NCBI GenBank assembly: GCA_963765765.1
Contig: CAVXYC010000017.1
Span: forward strand, 71,125-135,124
Source: an uncultured Chloroflexia bacterium
GTDB taxonomy: Bacteria > Chloroflexota > UBA6077 > JACCZL01
Direction: 5' to 3'
DNA length: 64,000 bases
Position 1 is the first letter of the stretch. Each line of letters begins with the position of its first letter. The notes beneath the pieces were generated by a model. It ran no database searches and was not told where the DNA came from. It saw nothing but the letters and a program-made list of their open reading frames with translations. This document shows positions 63,476 to 64,000 of this stretch, piece by piece. A program made the translations under genes and the position numbers.

Positions 63476-63648
63476 CGGTGCTTTTAGTGAGCGCTTCAGC
63501 GCTTTTCGACGATGACGAAAAGCGAGCGCAGCAATGCGACGAGCGAGACCGGCAGCACGCAGCCGTACTGTCGATCCCGGGCCGTCTCGCTGCGCTCGCT
63601 AGCAGTGCTCCTGAAAGAGCGCTGAAGCGCTCACTACATGCACCCGGT
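63476..63648. repeat. REPIN/MITE-like element, copy 2
   Basis: tagtgagcgcttcagcgctttt ... aaagagcgctgaagcgctcactacatg; same termini as 44243-44401. Confidence 0.8.
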
Positions 63649-63682
63649 TATCGGCCCCTTGAGTTCCTCACAGGAGCGCAAG

Positions 63683-63723
63683 AAAAAACGCTGCCGACGG
63701 ATTCTTCGTCGGCAGCGTTTTTT
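63683..63723. terminator. Bidirectional intrinsic terminator
   Basis: aaaaaacgctgccgacg-gattctt-cgtcggcagcgtttttt between convergent genes. Confidence 0.85.
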
Positions 63724-63741
63724 ACCAAAGTCCTTGTTCGG

Positions 63742-64000
63742 TTAGGCAGTAACTGCCTCTTTGGCGCTCTTCCCAGCGGGCGTAATCGCTGGCAGGTGGA
63801 AGAACTCGATCGCGTTACCCGCGACCATGGCCCAACGGTCCTCCTCTGGAATGCCCGCGAAGTTGCGCTCCAGCACCTTATTCGAGTTCGGATACTCCGA
63901 CTCCTGGTGCGGGAAATCCGTGGCCCAGATCAGGTTCTGCACACCGATCCGATGGCGCATCTCCACGGCAGCGGGGTCACACTGGAAGCCCCACAGGAAA
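63742..64000 (-). CDS. Amidohydrolase family protein, C-terminal part (start outside window)
   Basis: IGVQNLIWATDFPHQES.YP...MVAGNAIEFF motif. Confidence 0.85.
   Translation of the reverse strand, partial: FLWGFQCDPAAVEMRHRIGVQNLIWATDFPHQESEYPNSNKVLERNFAGIPEEDRWAMVAGNAIEFFHLPAITPAGKSAKEAVTA

Noticed and set aside
1-64000. CRISPR array, integron attC array, or reverse-transcriptase systems (DGR/retron)
   Set aside because: No regularly spaced repeat-spacer units, and no cas, intI or reverse transcriptase genes were seen.

Overview
GC-rich bacterial chromosome segment, probably from a Chloroflexota-like organism (inferred from gene content and order). Several essential or conserved genes (valS, mtaB, htrA, cinA, livH/livK) are split by single-base indels, so the assembly probably has long-read-type errors and pseudogene calls are uncertain. 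Layout: (1) 1-9.7 kb, an accessory patchwork of intact genes and fragments ending in a tyrosine-integrase remnant beside tRNA-Ile2(CAT). (2) 9.9-50.9 kb, mostly core genes: DtxR regulator, MFS, a candidate 6S-like RNA, tRNA-Val, dnaJ2-hspR, two liv-type ABC operons, yqeY-pgpH-ybeY-dgkA, fabF/fabH, hrcA-grpE-dnaJ-prmA-rsmE-(eutA-like)-mtaB-hit with no dnaK, sucCD, Prx, valS and a TPR gene. (3) 51.0-61.2 kb, an integrase-less island bounded by a 49-bp duplication of the tRNA-Gly(CCC) 3' part. It holds eight paralogous Tat-signal lipoprotein substrate-binding genes (COG2984/ABC_sub_bind type) with no permease or ATPase. The genes are separated by dif-like palindromes and repeated remnants of a phage-adaptor-like gene, and the island carries a diverged copy of the flanking host gene's 3' end. 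This island is the best candidate for an undescribed system. (4) htrA, a class II aldolase and a partial amidohydrolase. A REPIN-like repeat family is also present.
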